From assembly GCA_010093815.1 (NCBI GenBank), contig ML996565.1: 63,724 nucleotides of DNA, one strand, 5' to 3'. Positions 1-13,400 of the stretch are shown here, one piece after another. The notes beneath the pieces are model-generated. The model was not told where the DNA came from. It made no database searches and worked only from the letters and a program-made list of their open reading frames with translations. Numbering within the stretch: position 1 is the first letter of the stretch; every line of letters begins with the position of its first letter. A program made the translations under genes and the position numbers. The stretch is from Pseudovirgaria hyperparasitica. Its lineage: Eukaryota.

Positions 1-1001
1 TGGTCTACAAGTTTCCTTCCTGGGCTTGGTCGAAGTCGCCTTCGTCTAAGCGTGACGATAAACTTCCGGAAGACAAGCAATTTTTGGTCACAAGAGGACT
101 GCCGTGCCATCGGAGAGCCGCAGATCTAGCTGGCCATGCGGGCAACGATGAGACCGTAGTTGGAGATGGTCTGGGTGGTGTTGATGGCGATGGGGATGGT
201 TGGCTGAGGACAGGTGGCATGGGAGACAGTGAGGTGCGCAAAGTGGGAGAGGTCAGGACGATGGACGACACTGGCAAGGTCGAAGATCACGTCGAAGAAG
301 AGGAGATTCCGGACATGGAAGACGAAGACGACGACGCCGCCATCATCAGAGATACCAGAGAATCGTAAGGCTCTCCTGGCAATGGAACGTTACAATGCTG
401 ACATGACTTGTGTTACAGCTCGACCCGAACCTACAATCTTTACATCACATATTCGCGTTACTACCACACCCCTCGAACCTGGCTCTCCGGCTATTCGTCT
501 TCTAACAAGCCTCTTGGTAAAGGTGAAATAGAAGAGGACATTATGGGCGACTACAGAAACAAGACTACTACCCCTGAAGACTTTCCATTCTTCGATAGCG
601 TCAAGATGCTTTCCATACACCCATGCGAACACGCCAATGTCATGAAGGTGTTGCTAGACCGTGCAGACGCTGCACTCAAATCGAAATTAGCTAAAATGAA
701 AAGAGGCGAAAGGCCAAAGGGGGAACATGGTCTCGAGGGACTCGTGGAAGACACCAAGAACCTGACCATCAAGGACAAGAGCAAAGGCCGTGAAGAAGGC
801 GACGAATGGGAAATTCTACAAGCAGAGGGCGGGACTGAGGAAGATGAAGATGAGGTCGCGATCCGTGTTGATCAATACCTCATTGTCTTCCTCAAGCTTA
901 TGGCCAGGTTCGCATATTCCTCAATTGAGAGGAGACTGCCAGCTAACATAGTGTCAAGTGTCACTCCAACCATCGAGCATGACTTCACCATGGCCGTGTG
1001 A
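1..1001 (+). CDS. ATG3: Autophagy E2-like conjugating enzyme Atg3, 5'-partial; exons <1-364, 419-907, 959-1001
   Basis: Spliced translation gives [44 protein letters not shown], catalytic SIHPCEHA and C-terminal [38 protein letters not shown] introns lie at 365-418 and 908-958. Confidence 0.95.
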
Positions 1002-4000
1002 TAAAGGACAGAGCGACCCCCAAGGTGGTTGATGAGGTTTGTTCTTCTATGGCATGTCAAGCGTGATGTAAGCGTTTACGTGAATGTAGATCAGAGGACC
1101 AAGATCAAATAAATATCAAACAATGGACAACATGCTTTGGCACCTGTATGGAGAAGCTGCTTCTGGCAAAGGCGTGTGAGATTAAGGCTGCAAGCTGCCA
1201 TCTAAGGTACGTTCTCCCTAGGTACCATGCACCTGTAGGCCGGGATCGGTGCCTCCCTGCCTGTGGTTAATTATGTACCTAGGAAGGTAGTAAACTAATT
1301 AGTTGTAGTACAGGTGCATCAATAATAATGAATCCATTCCAAATTAGCGCTTTAGCGAACTTAATATAAACACGTGATTCACCCACACTCTAGACATGCA
1401 TCGAAACTTAAACATCTGAGAACAAAGTAGTATTGTTCCCCTGTGCAACCAAGATTCCCCAAGGGTATGAACGAACAAGTACTCGACGAACAGGTGCGGT
1501 TGCGGTGTCAGATACGGCGGACTATTGCACAATGATACGCGATCTCACAACATTGCTCTGGAACGAGCTTCAAAGTAAGTCTCAAAGCCTGATACCAACA
1601 GAGATAGACCGGCAGTATGTGTTCGATGAAAGAAATTCTTGGCAGCTTTCCAGTCGCCGACAATGACTTCGAGTTTCTCTTACAGAACACAGATTCCCCG
1701 TTAACCTCTCGGAAGCATTGTGTCGCGGCATCGACAAAAAAGAAGAGACGAAGCGTCAGCGTGTCATTGCCAGAGCTATAGTCGGGGCGATCTCAACCGT
1801 CGACCATTTCAGGTATTCGGAACGTCAAGCGGTCCATGTGACCATGCCAGCGAGCAAGAAGGCATCAGATTCACATGCATCTATCGTGACTCGAAGCAGA
1901 ACCGAGAGCGTATATCGAACCGTCAGGAGCGTGAGGATAGGTCTGGGGCGAGGGGTGAGGATGAGACGCATGAGATGCATGAGACGCATCCGTACACCTG
2001 TAGAAGAAATATCAAAATTAAATTTCTTGGTGCAAGCGGCCAATGTCTTAGCGACCTATCAGCATACACCTACCTCTTCATCGCAACACCACAGGCGGAG
2101 AGCTTGCTACTGTCGTGAATACAATATTATCCACGGATACAGCGCCGCCAAAAATTGGGGATGTAAAGAGAAACGCCAATACCACCACCTGTTGCAGCCG
2201 TAACGTCGCCGAAGTCTGTGCAGAAAAAGAATCGAAAGCTATCCGGCGTGCAGTCTGTGGCGGCGCATCTGACTGTGGTACCTGTCCCAAAACGCCCGAC
2301 AAAGCAGAGGGTCGAGCTGTCCCTCGGTCTAGGGTGTGTGACGCGCAAGGTAAAGGTACGATTATTGCACATTCATGGCGCACTAGCACTCGCCTATTGA
2401 TGCCTCATAGTGTGATGTACTCAAGCCAGACTGCACACGATGCATGAAGGGAAGCGAGTTCTGTCATTATCCGCATAGTAATGGTACCATGAAAGCGCTA
2501 ACGATGACTGCCCTTACTTCGCTTCCCTGAGGGAAAGATCGATCTAACACAAACCTGGGTCGTGTTTACTCCCGATTCCATCGTGAAGTAGAGCAAAACC
2601 ATGATGGAAGAGTAGCGATATTGATGTGAAATTTGAGGCGCAGGCTCATACGACGTTGTAGGATTTGGGCATTAAAACAATGACGATATCCATAGACGGA
2701 TGTAAGTAATATTTGTCGATCTTAGTGGCTGGTCCGCTACTGCTCACCTGCAATACTGAAGGCTTTATAGATACTATGATCGTAGGATTGGTGGTATTAT
2801 GGACCTTAGCGAGTCACAACTTCGCACCAAAGAAATTACCCCAACAAAATAGGTCGAGCAGCCTTAGACTACACATTCGAGTAGAGCTTTCGACTGTTCC
2901 TCTCCATGAGTACTCCGGTAGCCAGATATAAGCACATACACATGCATATACATATACATATCGACGGCAACAATGCAATTCGGATCTCCACCTCTCACTG
3001 GTCTCTGTTTAATTCACTCACAATGGATCGAACCATCTAACCTGTCGCACTGTCGTTTCCCGGATCTTCCGGTACGAGAGTGATGGGATATAGCTGCAAT
3101 CTGACCTTATATCACATACGAACAGGGATCCAGGGTTTCTGTGAGATTAGACAATCTTGTGCTACCTCAGATGATACCTACACGCTGATTGGCTGTGAGA
3201 GCTGACATGCAGACAGTCTAGAAAACAAAAGAAGCTTTATGATATCTTAGGCGGGAGGTCGGGTGTACTGACATGACATCCATGTACCGATCGTTCGCAT
3301 GTATCAACACTAATCAATTATACGGCATCGCATACATCCATCCAAGCAAGCAGTCGCACCCGACCCCTGGCTATCCATGCTTACTTATCCACTGCCGACG
3401 GTGGTAAGTGCATGGGAGTACCTCTCGCGCGTAAGAATCCAAATCAAGCCAAACCGTGTTGAGTCTTGACGATCGACATGCGCTCGAATGATCATGCGCA
3501 CTGTAAAATTAATGCTTAGATCAGTCTTTGATTCTATGATACAATCTGCCAACTGCCACCAGCCGCCTTACAGCAGGATCTTGGGCAGCTATGCAGCTGC
3601 CGTGCGAGTCCACCATCATCTGACTATGGGAACTGCGAGAGTGGTTACTTGGCACCGCTAAAAGTCGGGAAGAAAGCCATTAAAGAGTGCGGGGAAAGAA
3701 GAGAAGAAGATTGTATGCCCATCCACCTGGAAATGGGCTTACGACTCTTAATATCGCCTCTGGCATGGTGAATGTTAATGGGAATTGAAGCAGGGGTCCC
3801 AGTATCATCCATTTGGTTCACGACAACAACGACGATCCAGCAAAGTAAGAGCTTAAACCCGAAGCCTAAATTACAGCCACTGCAAGACAGTGGCCGAAAC
3901 AGACACACATCATTGATAAAGTTGTAATAGCACTTAGTTTGCTACATCATCACAAAGTGTGGACGTCGACCACAATCCATCCATCTATGGCGACTGATTG

Positions 4001-4350
4001 GGCTCGATCGTTCCACCCTTGTATGCACTTCGACTTCCGTGAAAGCGACCCTGGCTTTCCGGCCCGCCAATCCATCTCTCTGATCCATGTGTGCCTCTTC
4101 CCATTGCACACTTTCTGGCCATGCCGTACCCACATGAACATGCTGTACAAGCACATTGTCACATTGGCTGAACATCTATTGCTGGTCACCTGCTTTTGTT
4201 TTAAGACAAACTTTCATTCTTGGCAGAGCATGAATTGCATGAGCCAAGCGACATGAGGTCTTGTGTATAAGGGGCATTTAAGAGGATGGATATTCCTACA
4301 TCACAACTTGACATGACCGCTGCTCATCCTGGCGACTCTCCACCTACGAT

Positions 4351-6691
4351 ATGTGGCAAAGGGTAGTCCCGCTGCTGGCTCTTGCCACGCTGTCACAGGC
4401 TCTCGACTGGGACGCTGCATACGCGAAAGCAAACGCTGCCCTCACGAAGCTCACACAAGATGAGAAGCTTGCCATAGTCACAGGCGTCGGTTGGACTAAA
4501 GGTCCCTGCGTCGGCAACACCGGAAGCGTAAACTCCATCGGATATCCATCTCTTTGTCTGCAGGATGGCCCACTTGGCATCCGTTTTGTCGAAAAGGTCA
4601 CGGCTTTCCCTGCCGGTGTCAATGCAGCCTCGACCTGGGACGTCGACTTGATTCATGAGCGAGGCGTGGCGCTCGGGGCCGAGTCAAAGGCTCTGGGGAT
4701 CAATGTCCACCTCGGTCCTGTGGCCGGAGCTCTGGGTAAGATCCCATTCGGAGGGCGTAACTGGGAGGGATTCTCGCCGGACCCGTACTTTGCGGGCATC
4801 GCCATGGCCGAGACGATCAAGGGAATGCAGGAGTCGGGCGTCCAGGCGTGTGCTAAGCACTTCCTCCTGAATGAGCAAGAGAAGAATAGGGAGACAATGG
4901 ACACGAGTGTAGACGACCGGACGTTGCATGAATTGTATCTCTGGCCGTTTGCAGATGCCGTCCATGCCGGCGTTGCGACCGTCATGTGTTCGTACAACAA
5001 GTTCAAGACCTTCTGGGCGTGCGAGAGTGAGGAACTGCTGAACCACACCTTGAAAGGCGAGCTTGGGTTCCGTGGTACCGTCATCAGTGACTGGAATGCA
5101 CAGCACTCAACCGCGCTGAGTGCCAACACTGGCCTAGACATGACCATGCCGGGCACCGACTTTAACAATCCACCCGGCAGCGTCTACTGGGGCGTAAAGC
5201 TAGGGCAAGCCATTACGACTGGTGAGGTACCGCAATCAAGGCTCGACGATATGGTGAGGAGGAATCTGGCTGGTTGGTATGGGCTTGGTCAGGACAAGAA
5301 CTATCCTCCAGTGACCTGGAACTCCTTTAACAACACTGGTGGAGGTCCGAACGTACAGGGTGACCACAAGAGAATCGCTCGCACCATTGCTAGGGATTCA
5401 ATAGTCCTGCTGAAAAACATAAACAACACCCTTCCGCTAATAAAACCAAAGAGCCTGGCCATAGTCGGCCAAGATGCTATTGTGAACCCGGCTGGTGCAA
5501 ATGCCTGCGCTGACCGTGGATGTAACATTGGTCATCTAGCCATGGGTTGGGGATCTGGCACGGCACAATTTCCCGTGAGTGTACCCCTTTGAATGTCGCG
5601 CCGTCATCTAACAGCCTACACAGTATCTCATCGCCCCTCTCGACGCTATTAGACCCCAAGCCATCGCCGACAATACAACACTTGCAACCAGTACGAGCGA
5701 CGACCCTGATGCCGGTGCCAACGCCGCCCGAGATACTGAGTTTGCTCTCGTCTTTATAACCTCCGATTCGGGCGAAGGCTACATCACCGTCGAAGGTAAC
5801 CAAGGCGACCGCCTTACACTCGACCCCTGGCACGACTGTAACGACCTTGTTGAGGCCGTCGCGGCTGTGAATAAGAAGACCATCGTCGTCGTCAACAGCG
5901 TCGGTCCAATCATCCTCGAGACAATCCTTGCCCAGCCCAATGTCCTCGCCATTGTATGGGCTGGCATCGCAGGCCAGGAAAGCGGAAACGCCCTGGTCGA
6001 CGTGCTATACGGCGGCACGTCGCCCAGCGGCAAACTCCCATATACAATAGCCAGACGCGCCGCGGACTACGGCACCACTATTTTGCCTGGCACAGATACG
6101 TTCGACGAAGGCCTCTTTGTGGATTACCGCCATTTCGACAAAGCCGCCATCGAGCCCCGCTATGAATTCGGCTTCGGTCTTTGTACGTCTTGATTCCCCT
6201 TCGTCTTTCTGCAACAAGCCCTGCGACTCACTGTTTAATTCCACTAACACATGTCTCCCCTGATAGCATACAGCAAATTCACATACTCTACCCTCATCCT
6301 CGATCTTGACACGACTCCCGGACCCGCGCCAGGCCCAACCGGCCCCGGCGGGCCCCTCTCGCTCTTCAGTTCCATCGGCCACATCAGCGCAACGATCACA
6401 AACACTGGCCGTGTCGCCGCCGCCGAGGTCGCCCAGCTCTACATCACACTGCCAGCGTCCACATCAGCCGGGGAGGGAGACATACCCGTGCGGCAGTTGC
6501 GCGGCTTTGCAAAAATCAGCCTTGCACCCGGCGAGAGTGGGGTTGTGAGTTTTGTGCTAAGACGGAGGGATGTCAGTTATTGGGAGGCGACCAGTATGGA
6601 ATGGGTTGTACCTCGGGGGGTATTTGGAGTAGTAGTTGGAGCGAGTTCGAGGGATCTGAGGTTGGAGGGTAGATTTTCAGTCGATGCGTAG
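4351..6691 (+). CDS. Secreted GH3 beta-glucosidase (Cel3A/BglL-like), 735 aa; exons 4351-5574, 5624-6182, 6267-6691
   Basis: Signal-peptide-like N-terminus, LCLQDGPLGIR, GGRNWEGFSPDP, ACAKH, nucleophile motif VISDW, SGEGYITVEG, YEFGFGLSY and an FnIII-like C-terminus (RQLRGF..VGASSRDLR). Canonical introns at 5575-5623 and 6183-6266 restore the frame. Confidence 0.95.
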
Positions 6692-7199
6692 GTAGGAATG
6701 AAAAAAATAGACTGGACTTCATAATTAATTATTCCTAGCTCTACTCTTACATAGTATAGAAGATAATCTAGAATCTCTGTTATACTATTCTTATTCATAA
6801 GATAACTTTGTCATATCTAGCTCATGTGAATTGTAACTATTATACCTGGTATATAGTATAGTATTACACTCTACTTCAATCTAACTTATTAGATATATAT
6901 ATCTAAAACCATATGTCTCTCTAAGAATACCCTAGAGAACTCTAGTTACTTAAACTTTATAACCTAGTAGAGAGGAATACGTAAGTATAAATTTATATAT
7001 GTTTTGCGGGCGGGGCGCTTATCTCTTCCTCGCTACTCTTTATCTTTAAGTATAGATAGATATTCTCTTCGTGAAATGTATATCTTTTAAGTATAATAAT
7101 AACTAAATACCGAATTTTCCTCTTTAGGACCTTAGGACCATTAACCCTACTCGGTTATCTCTCCTAATAGGACTAAGCTTGTAACCATGCTTAAAAAAT

Positions 7200-7868
7200 A
7201 GTACCATGGCGCAAAAGTATATAGTGCTATCTACGTTAAGGATCGTATACTTATAATCTTTCTAATAGATATTTACCTATCTAAACGCCGGCTTATTGTT
7301 ACCTAAGGAGAACGGGTGCGCCTATAGTAATAGTTGTAGTAAGCCATGGCTTTAATAACTATTTATAGAATCTATAAGAAACGTTAGGCCGAGATACCTA
7401 GTCCGCATAGATTGTATAATCGAAGGAACTCGGTCTAAGTAACATAACGTAATGGCTGTCCGGTATCTAGGCACGTTTAATAGGGCCTAGATAGAACGTA
7501 TTATATAAGTAGTTCCTTCCCTTCTATCGTCGTAGCTCGGTTTACCTTTAGTTATTAAATAATTCTAAAGGTCTTTATATATTATAGAATCTACGTCCCG
7601 CTAGGAGTTTTGGGGATATACTCGCGGATTATCCGGCTAGGGCCTCTAACGCTCCTTATTATCGTAGTAGATACGAACCTCTACTTATTAGAAGAGAGCG
7701 GGTTAAGTATTTTCTATAACTCTTAGTAGGGCTCCTATCCCGCTTACTCCGTTAATATCTAGAGGCTTATAAATATTATAGAATGGGGTTCTAAGATATA
7801 GATAGAGGATCTCAGGTTCTCGTAGATATTCTCCGCCTAGTATAGCCATTTGTAAAGCCTCGGCCATC
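7200..7868 (-). pseudogene. RIP-degenerate ORF remnant of unknown function
   Basis: The minus strand reads MAEALQMAILGGEYLREPEIL.. followed by a coding-like frame broken by TAG/TAA. No motif recognised; ends are approximate. Confidence 0.25.
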
Positions 7869-8431
7869 GCGTCCTAGAGGATTGGGAGTAGTCTAGGAAT
7901 TCGTGTACATAATAAATGAAAACCGAACGTATTAGCTATAGAGGCCTCGAATAGAAGTAAGGTTCTAAACAATAGAAGATGTAAGAGTATAACGAAACAG
8001 ACATAGAGCGTTAGAAAAGTACTATATATAAGTACTTATACGACGAACATCTCTTCTAATATATATTACTCTAAACTTAAACCTTATATACTCTCTAGTA
8101 CGAAAGTCCCGTATAAGTCCCCGTACGCTAATAGATTTTTACTATTAAGTATACGACCTTTACTATATATAGTAATCCAAGTAACATAGTAAATAACTTA
8201 AGCTTTTAAATAGAAAAAGCGCGTAGAGTAAGTAATATTTCATTAATAAATACACCCTAGCGTACGTTATAATTACAGCCTACCTAGCTATGTAGCATGG
8301 CCTAAATCTACCTATGCGATATACCTATACTATAGTAAAAAAGCGTGTGTATTACGCGTGTGACACGTACTAAGAGTTACGCCGAAAAAGTTACGGATAG
8401 ATATAGATAAGGACCCTATAGCGTCGATATA

Positions 8432-8669
8432 TGTAAAGAGTAAAGACGTAGAATAGTAGTCTAACAGTTCATAGAGAGACATAGGAATATATTTATAGAG
8501 TAATCTTACTCTTATACGAGGTTGATTCCTAACGAGTAGAAATTAGTTTATACGGTCTACTTATATAGTAACCTTACTTAACTTAGCTGACTTAACCTAG
8601 CTCTAGCCACTACGTGGCTATATGGATTAGAATAGTCCATATAGGTCTATTATAGTTCCCGTCCTAATA
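8432..8669 (-). repeat. 3' LTR of element A
   Basis: Direct repeat of 27706-27943. A polypurine tract (GAAGAAGGATAT on the minus strand) lies next to it. Confidence 0.95.
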
Positions 8670-9148
8670 ATATCCTTCTTCTTTTTATGCTTCGCCCCGA
8701 AGTACTTAAGTATATATAATTCTAAGTCTCTATAATCTATCGTGTACCTATATATCCGTAACTAAGTTTCTATAACGTTATAACCATCCTTAATATAGGT
8801 AAACTCGAGATTCTAGTTTACTTTTACTAGTTTATGCACGCGCTTATCCCTTACTTCGTGGCTACTACCTAGGATATATAATTACTACTTTAGTTAAGTA
8901 TATATTTAGCTTCGCTCGCCTTTAATTTTATTCTCTAGTATATCTACCTCGCTCTTAAGGTAAGTCGTTAATTTATATACTATCTTCCCTAGTTTAGGTT
9001 TAGAAGGGTCTATAGTAGTCTATTCTTATTAGAACCGGTCCTATATAACCTATTCGCATTATTATAGTTACTAATTTAGCTTCGTTAATCGCCGTTAAGG
9101 GTAGACGAATATTCCTTCCTTAGATCTCTAGCTAATATATATATATAG

Positions 9149-10461
9149 ATATCTAATACTAGTCCTATCTCTAAGCCTACCTTCTTCTCTCGTAAGACTC
9201 GCTCTAAAGGTATCGCCTTCTCCCTAGCCACGCCGGCTAAGAAGCCCACCTATTACGGTAGTATAAAGGCGCGCTCTAAGTCGGAGAAGAGAGTAGCTAG
9301 GGCTACTACTACTACTGCCTCTACTACTAATATAGCTACTAGTCGCTCTAATCTAGGTAATTCTAGTACTAAACTTATGGATAAAGTGGTCGTAGGTTCT
9401 CCTCTCGCTCTAAAGCGTACGCCGTCTACTCTACCTTCTCTAGAGGATAAAGAAGATCTCGTTATAGATAATAATCGCGAGCCCTTACGCTTACCTACGC
9501 CGCCGTCTTACCGCTCTTCCTTCCGGTCTAATATAGACTGATTTAGTTACTCTAGGTCCTTTTAGGACCTTAATATTCGCTCTAAACCCTAGTCTACTAA
9601 TAATAAGGCCTAGGTCGCCGAGGATACTAAACGTAGTTACGGTTTACGCTATAGAAAAACGGCGAACTACGGTTTAATATACTATAAGTATATTAAGGGC
9701 TATACGGCCGGCTCTAAATATCTCTTTCGCTCTAACTCTAGTATTAGCTACTACTCTACTAACCGCGACGGGCCTATACGCCCTATCTTTACTCTACCTA
9801 CCCGCTACCGCCGCTATACCATAACTAGTAAGACTTATCTATAGGTGAGTATAATAGGCTATCTTAATCTAGTATAATCTAAAGTAGTCCGCGCTAATAC
9901 ATTCTTAGGTTCCTATGTATATATAAGATATATATAACGACCTTCGCGTCCGCGAGACCCTTAGGGGTCCTTATAGCCGCCTACCTACTATATAGAGGGA
10001 GTTTAGGGAGCGCTATAAGCTCTTCCTAGAGGTTATTAAAGTATAAGTTACGAGCACGTTAATTATTTTTAACATCTATTAATTTTTCTAGCCGCCGCGA
10101 GATCCCTAGCGCCTAGATAGTCTATTCTAGAGAGTCTATTCTAGCTATAGAGGCCGTAGAGAGGATTCGCTCTATCCCTCTCTATCTATCTCGCGCTACT
10201 AATAGATCTTATAAGAGGTCTACTATTTCTCCCTCTAAGTCGCCTCATAAGAGGGTATATATTCCCTTCTAGATTATTCTAGATCGTATTAGCTAACTTT
10301 AGACCTAGTCGCTACGCTCCGGCGCTTAAGGCTCTTCCCTCTAGGCTCTAACGGATTAGGTTATTACTCTAGAGGCTAAGGTCGTCGTCCTCCGCCGCTA
10401 TATCGTACGGTTAGAGAGAACTATACTAGAGGTTAGGATAGATAATAAGATAGAGGAGTAG
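9149..10461 (+). pseudogene. Antisense accessory gene of element A (basic N-terminus, Cys-rich motif, probable introns)
   Basis: Colinear homolog of the less-mutated 56198-57502 ORF in element D; the start ATG has become ATA. Confidence 0.6.
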
Positions 10462-13400
10462 CTCTATGGTTCTGGCTCTATGGGTTTGGCTCTATGCCTA
10501 GCTCTATATGTTAGCTCTATGCCTAGCTCTATATGTTCTAGATCTACTATAGGTGGTGCGCGCCGGCTCTATTTACCTAGCTTTTATCCGTTTTAGTTCT
10601 TTTTAGACCGTTTAGATACCCGTCGGCCAGTTTCTAGTAATTTAATTCTTAACTTAACGATATTATATATGCGCTCGCTTAGCTTATAACTATTAGTTTC
10701 TATATTCTAATTTTCCTTAAGTCACCTAAGTATAGGCACCGTATATAAATTAGTTTATCTCTATGAATTCTATTAGAGTACCCGAACTAGTAGCCTAGTA
10801 GTTATTGGTTCGGGTACTCTAACCTTTTATATTTCGTGTTAAGAGTTTAATTCTATAGTAGGGTACCTTTTTTTAGGTTCTTAGTCCTATGTTTTTCTCG
10901 TGTATAATGGTCTATGTTAGTCTATTCTAGACTCTTCTATATTATTCTATTATAGTATATCGCGTCGCGTTCCTAAAATAGTTATTTATACTTTCTTTGC
11001 GTCTAGTAACCGTGTAACGCTTAAATTATAGGGCTACTATATAGAGTTTTCCTAGTGCGCGTCTAGATTTCCTAGTTTAGTACTTCGTTCTCTACGGTAT
11101 CCTTCTTCTTTTTACGATAACCGCGATGTCGCTATACTTATATTAATAATATACTATTCTATATCTTTTACTTATACGTAGCCATTATAGAACTTAAGAT
11201 ATATACTACTGGTTTCTAGGTGTCCTCGTCCTTAGTATAGTCCTTCTAACGGATTCTATATTTCTAAATACTATCTTTATTAATTCTATATTCGATAATA
11301 TAGTCCACTTCGAATACGTCTAGTCTATCTTAGGGTATAATAGAGTGTAACTACACGTTCGTACGGCTATACACGTTAGGTCGAAATCTTTCGAGTAGTA
11401 AGACGTGGAACACGTTATAGATTCTTATATCACTTCCTAAGTCGAGCTCGTAGACTCTTATACTAATACGACGTTTAATTCGGAAGGGACTAGCCATTTT
11501 ATAATTAAGCTTCTTATTTACTCGCGATGTTCGTATGTTACAGACGTTAAGAAGGACCTTGTTACCCTCCTTATACGTCTAATCCTTAGCTAACCTATTA
11601 TAGTACTTCGTATATAAGTCGTTTACTTATTAGATTATAGCGCGATAGTTACGTACGGTTTCAAAGATTTTAATCACTAATTCCTAAGCGTAGACGTTCA
11701 CGTCTATTATTCAATTAAATTAGACCGTCTAAGACTTAAAACCTATCCTTAGACTACGTCCGAGGTTCGCCTAGAAAGGTATAATACCTATTATACTATA
11801 ACGACTATTATTATATATAAACTCTACTATGCTTAGTAGGGAGGCCTAGTCGTCCTACTCGAAATTATAGAATACGCGTAGGTAGGCCTTAAGCATCTAG
11901 TTCTATCGCTCTATCTAGCCATCCGTCTAAGAATAAAATACTATAGATATGTTTCTATTTATACTTACTATTTCGTAGAATAACGTCTAGAATTTAGACG
12001 TGAAGGTACTTCCTCGGTCTATAACGATCCTTTTTAGTATACTATAGACCTTAATAATCTCGTTCTAGAATACCTACGCTAGTTCTTTAGATATAATCGT
12101 CTTCTATACCGGGATATACCTAGATATCTTTATAAGTCTATCCACGATAATAAGAATAGAATTATAACTTATTCTAAGCATCTCGCTTAGAGGTAAGTTA
12201 ACTATAAAGTCTATAGTAATATCTTCCTACATAAAGAGGGGGACTAAAAGAGGCTATAAATTCCTATATAGCTTATGCCTAGGGGCCTTTGTTCTTTAAT
12301 AAATCGGATAAGTAGCTATCTATTCTTTAATATACTTAGATATATCTTTCTAAAAATAGTACTAACGAATTAAGCTTAGGGTACGTACATACCTAAAGTA
12401 TTCTACTAGGTTAGCGTTATGGTATCGGCTAACTACGTTAAATCGCGCGTTACCCGTCGGTATATAGTACTTTCTATTATAGTAAAGTAAGCCGTCTATA
12501 AAGGTCTACTTATAGTCTACTTTAGTCCGTAATAACCTATCTTACTATATTTTACGTAACTTTAAAACTATCGGATCTATCTTCTATAGATCCACGATTA
12601 ACTAGACGAGGTTAATTAGATATTTATGCTGGGCATTATCGCCCTTCCCGATAGCGCTAATAAACGGTCTACTAGGGACTTCGGTACCGCGTCTTTAGTT
12701 ACCGGCTTTGGTCTTAGAGATTTAATTACCGGTATTAACGTTAGTATCTCGCTAATCGCCTAATAACTTAAAATCTAACCTCATCCTTAAGAGTTAGGCC
12801 TATAGCTATTCTAGGACCCTATGGCTACTATAATCCTAGGCGCCTTCTTTATAGTTAGGTCTTCTTAATATTCTATTAGCTAGGTTTATACTTCTAGGTT
12901 AATAGTAGATTATAAAGTAAAAGTTTATAAGCTACTTAGCCTATCGGACCTATTAACGGTTTAAAACCGTTATACTTATAAACCCCTTTAAGTTATAGTA
13001 ATTAGTTAGTAACTCGACGTTATATATAGTATCTTTAAGATAATATCGCCACTATTTAAATAACTCTACTATTACTAGTAGCTCTTAGTTATAGATAGTA
13101 TATCTAGTCTTAATATCGACCATTTTATATAAGAAGAACGTAACTAGATACTATTAGACCTTTTTAGACTTAGTTAGTCTAGGCTAGAAGAGAATACCTA
13201 AGATTATAAATCCTAACGCGTTAGTTTTAACGTGGATAGGTTTAGTCGGGTCGAAGTATACTAGTAATAGGGTAGTTATAAATGCCTCTTTGATTTTCTC
13301 GAAGGAGGCCCTTTCGCCTTCCGATAATTCTATAGACTATAATTTAATATTACGCTATTTCTATCTACCGCGGACCGTAATAGACGAATCTATAGTAGTA

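Noticed and set aside
908..958. 17-aa insertion near the Atg3 C-terminus in the ORF track
   Set aside because: It is an in-frame 51-nt intron (GT..CTAAC..AG); splicing restores the conserved MASVTP motif.
1344..4256. Short overlapping ORFs between ATG3 and the GH3 gene (e.g. 1718-2203, 2078-2389, 2115-2447)
   Set aside because: No recognisable domain or convincing spliced model. A small or decayed gene cannot be excluded but is not supportable.
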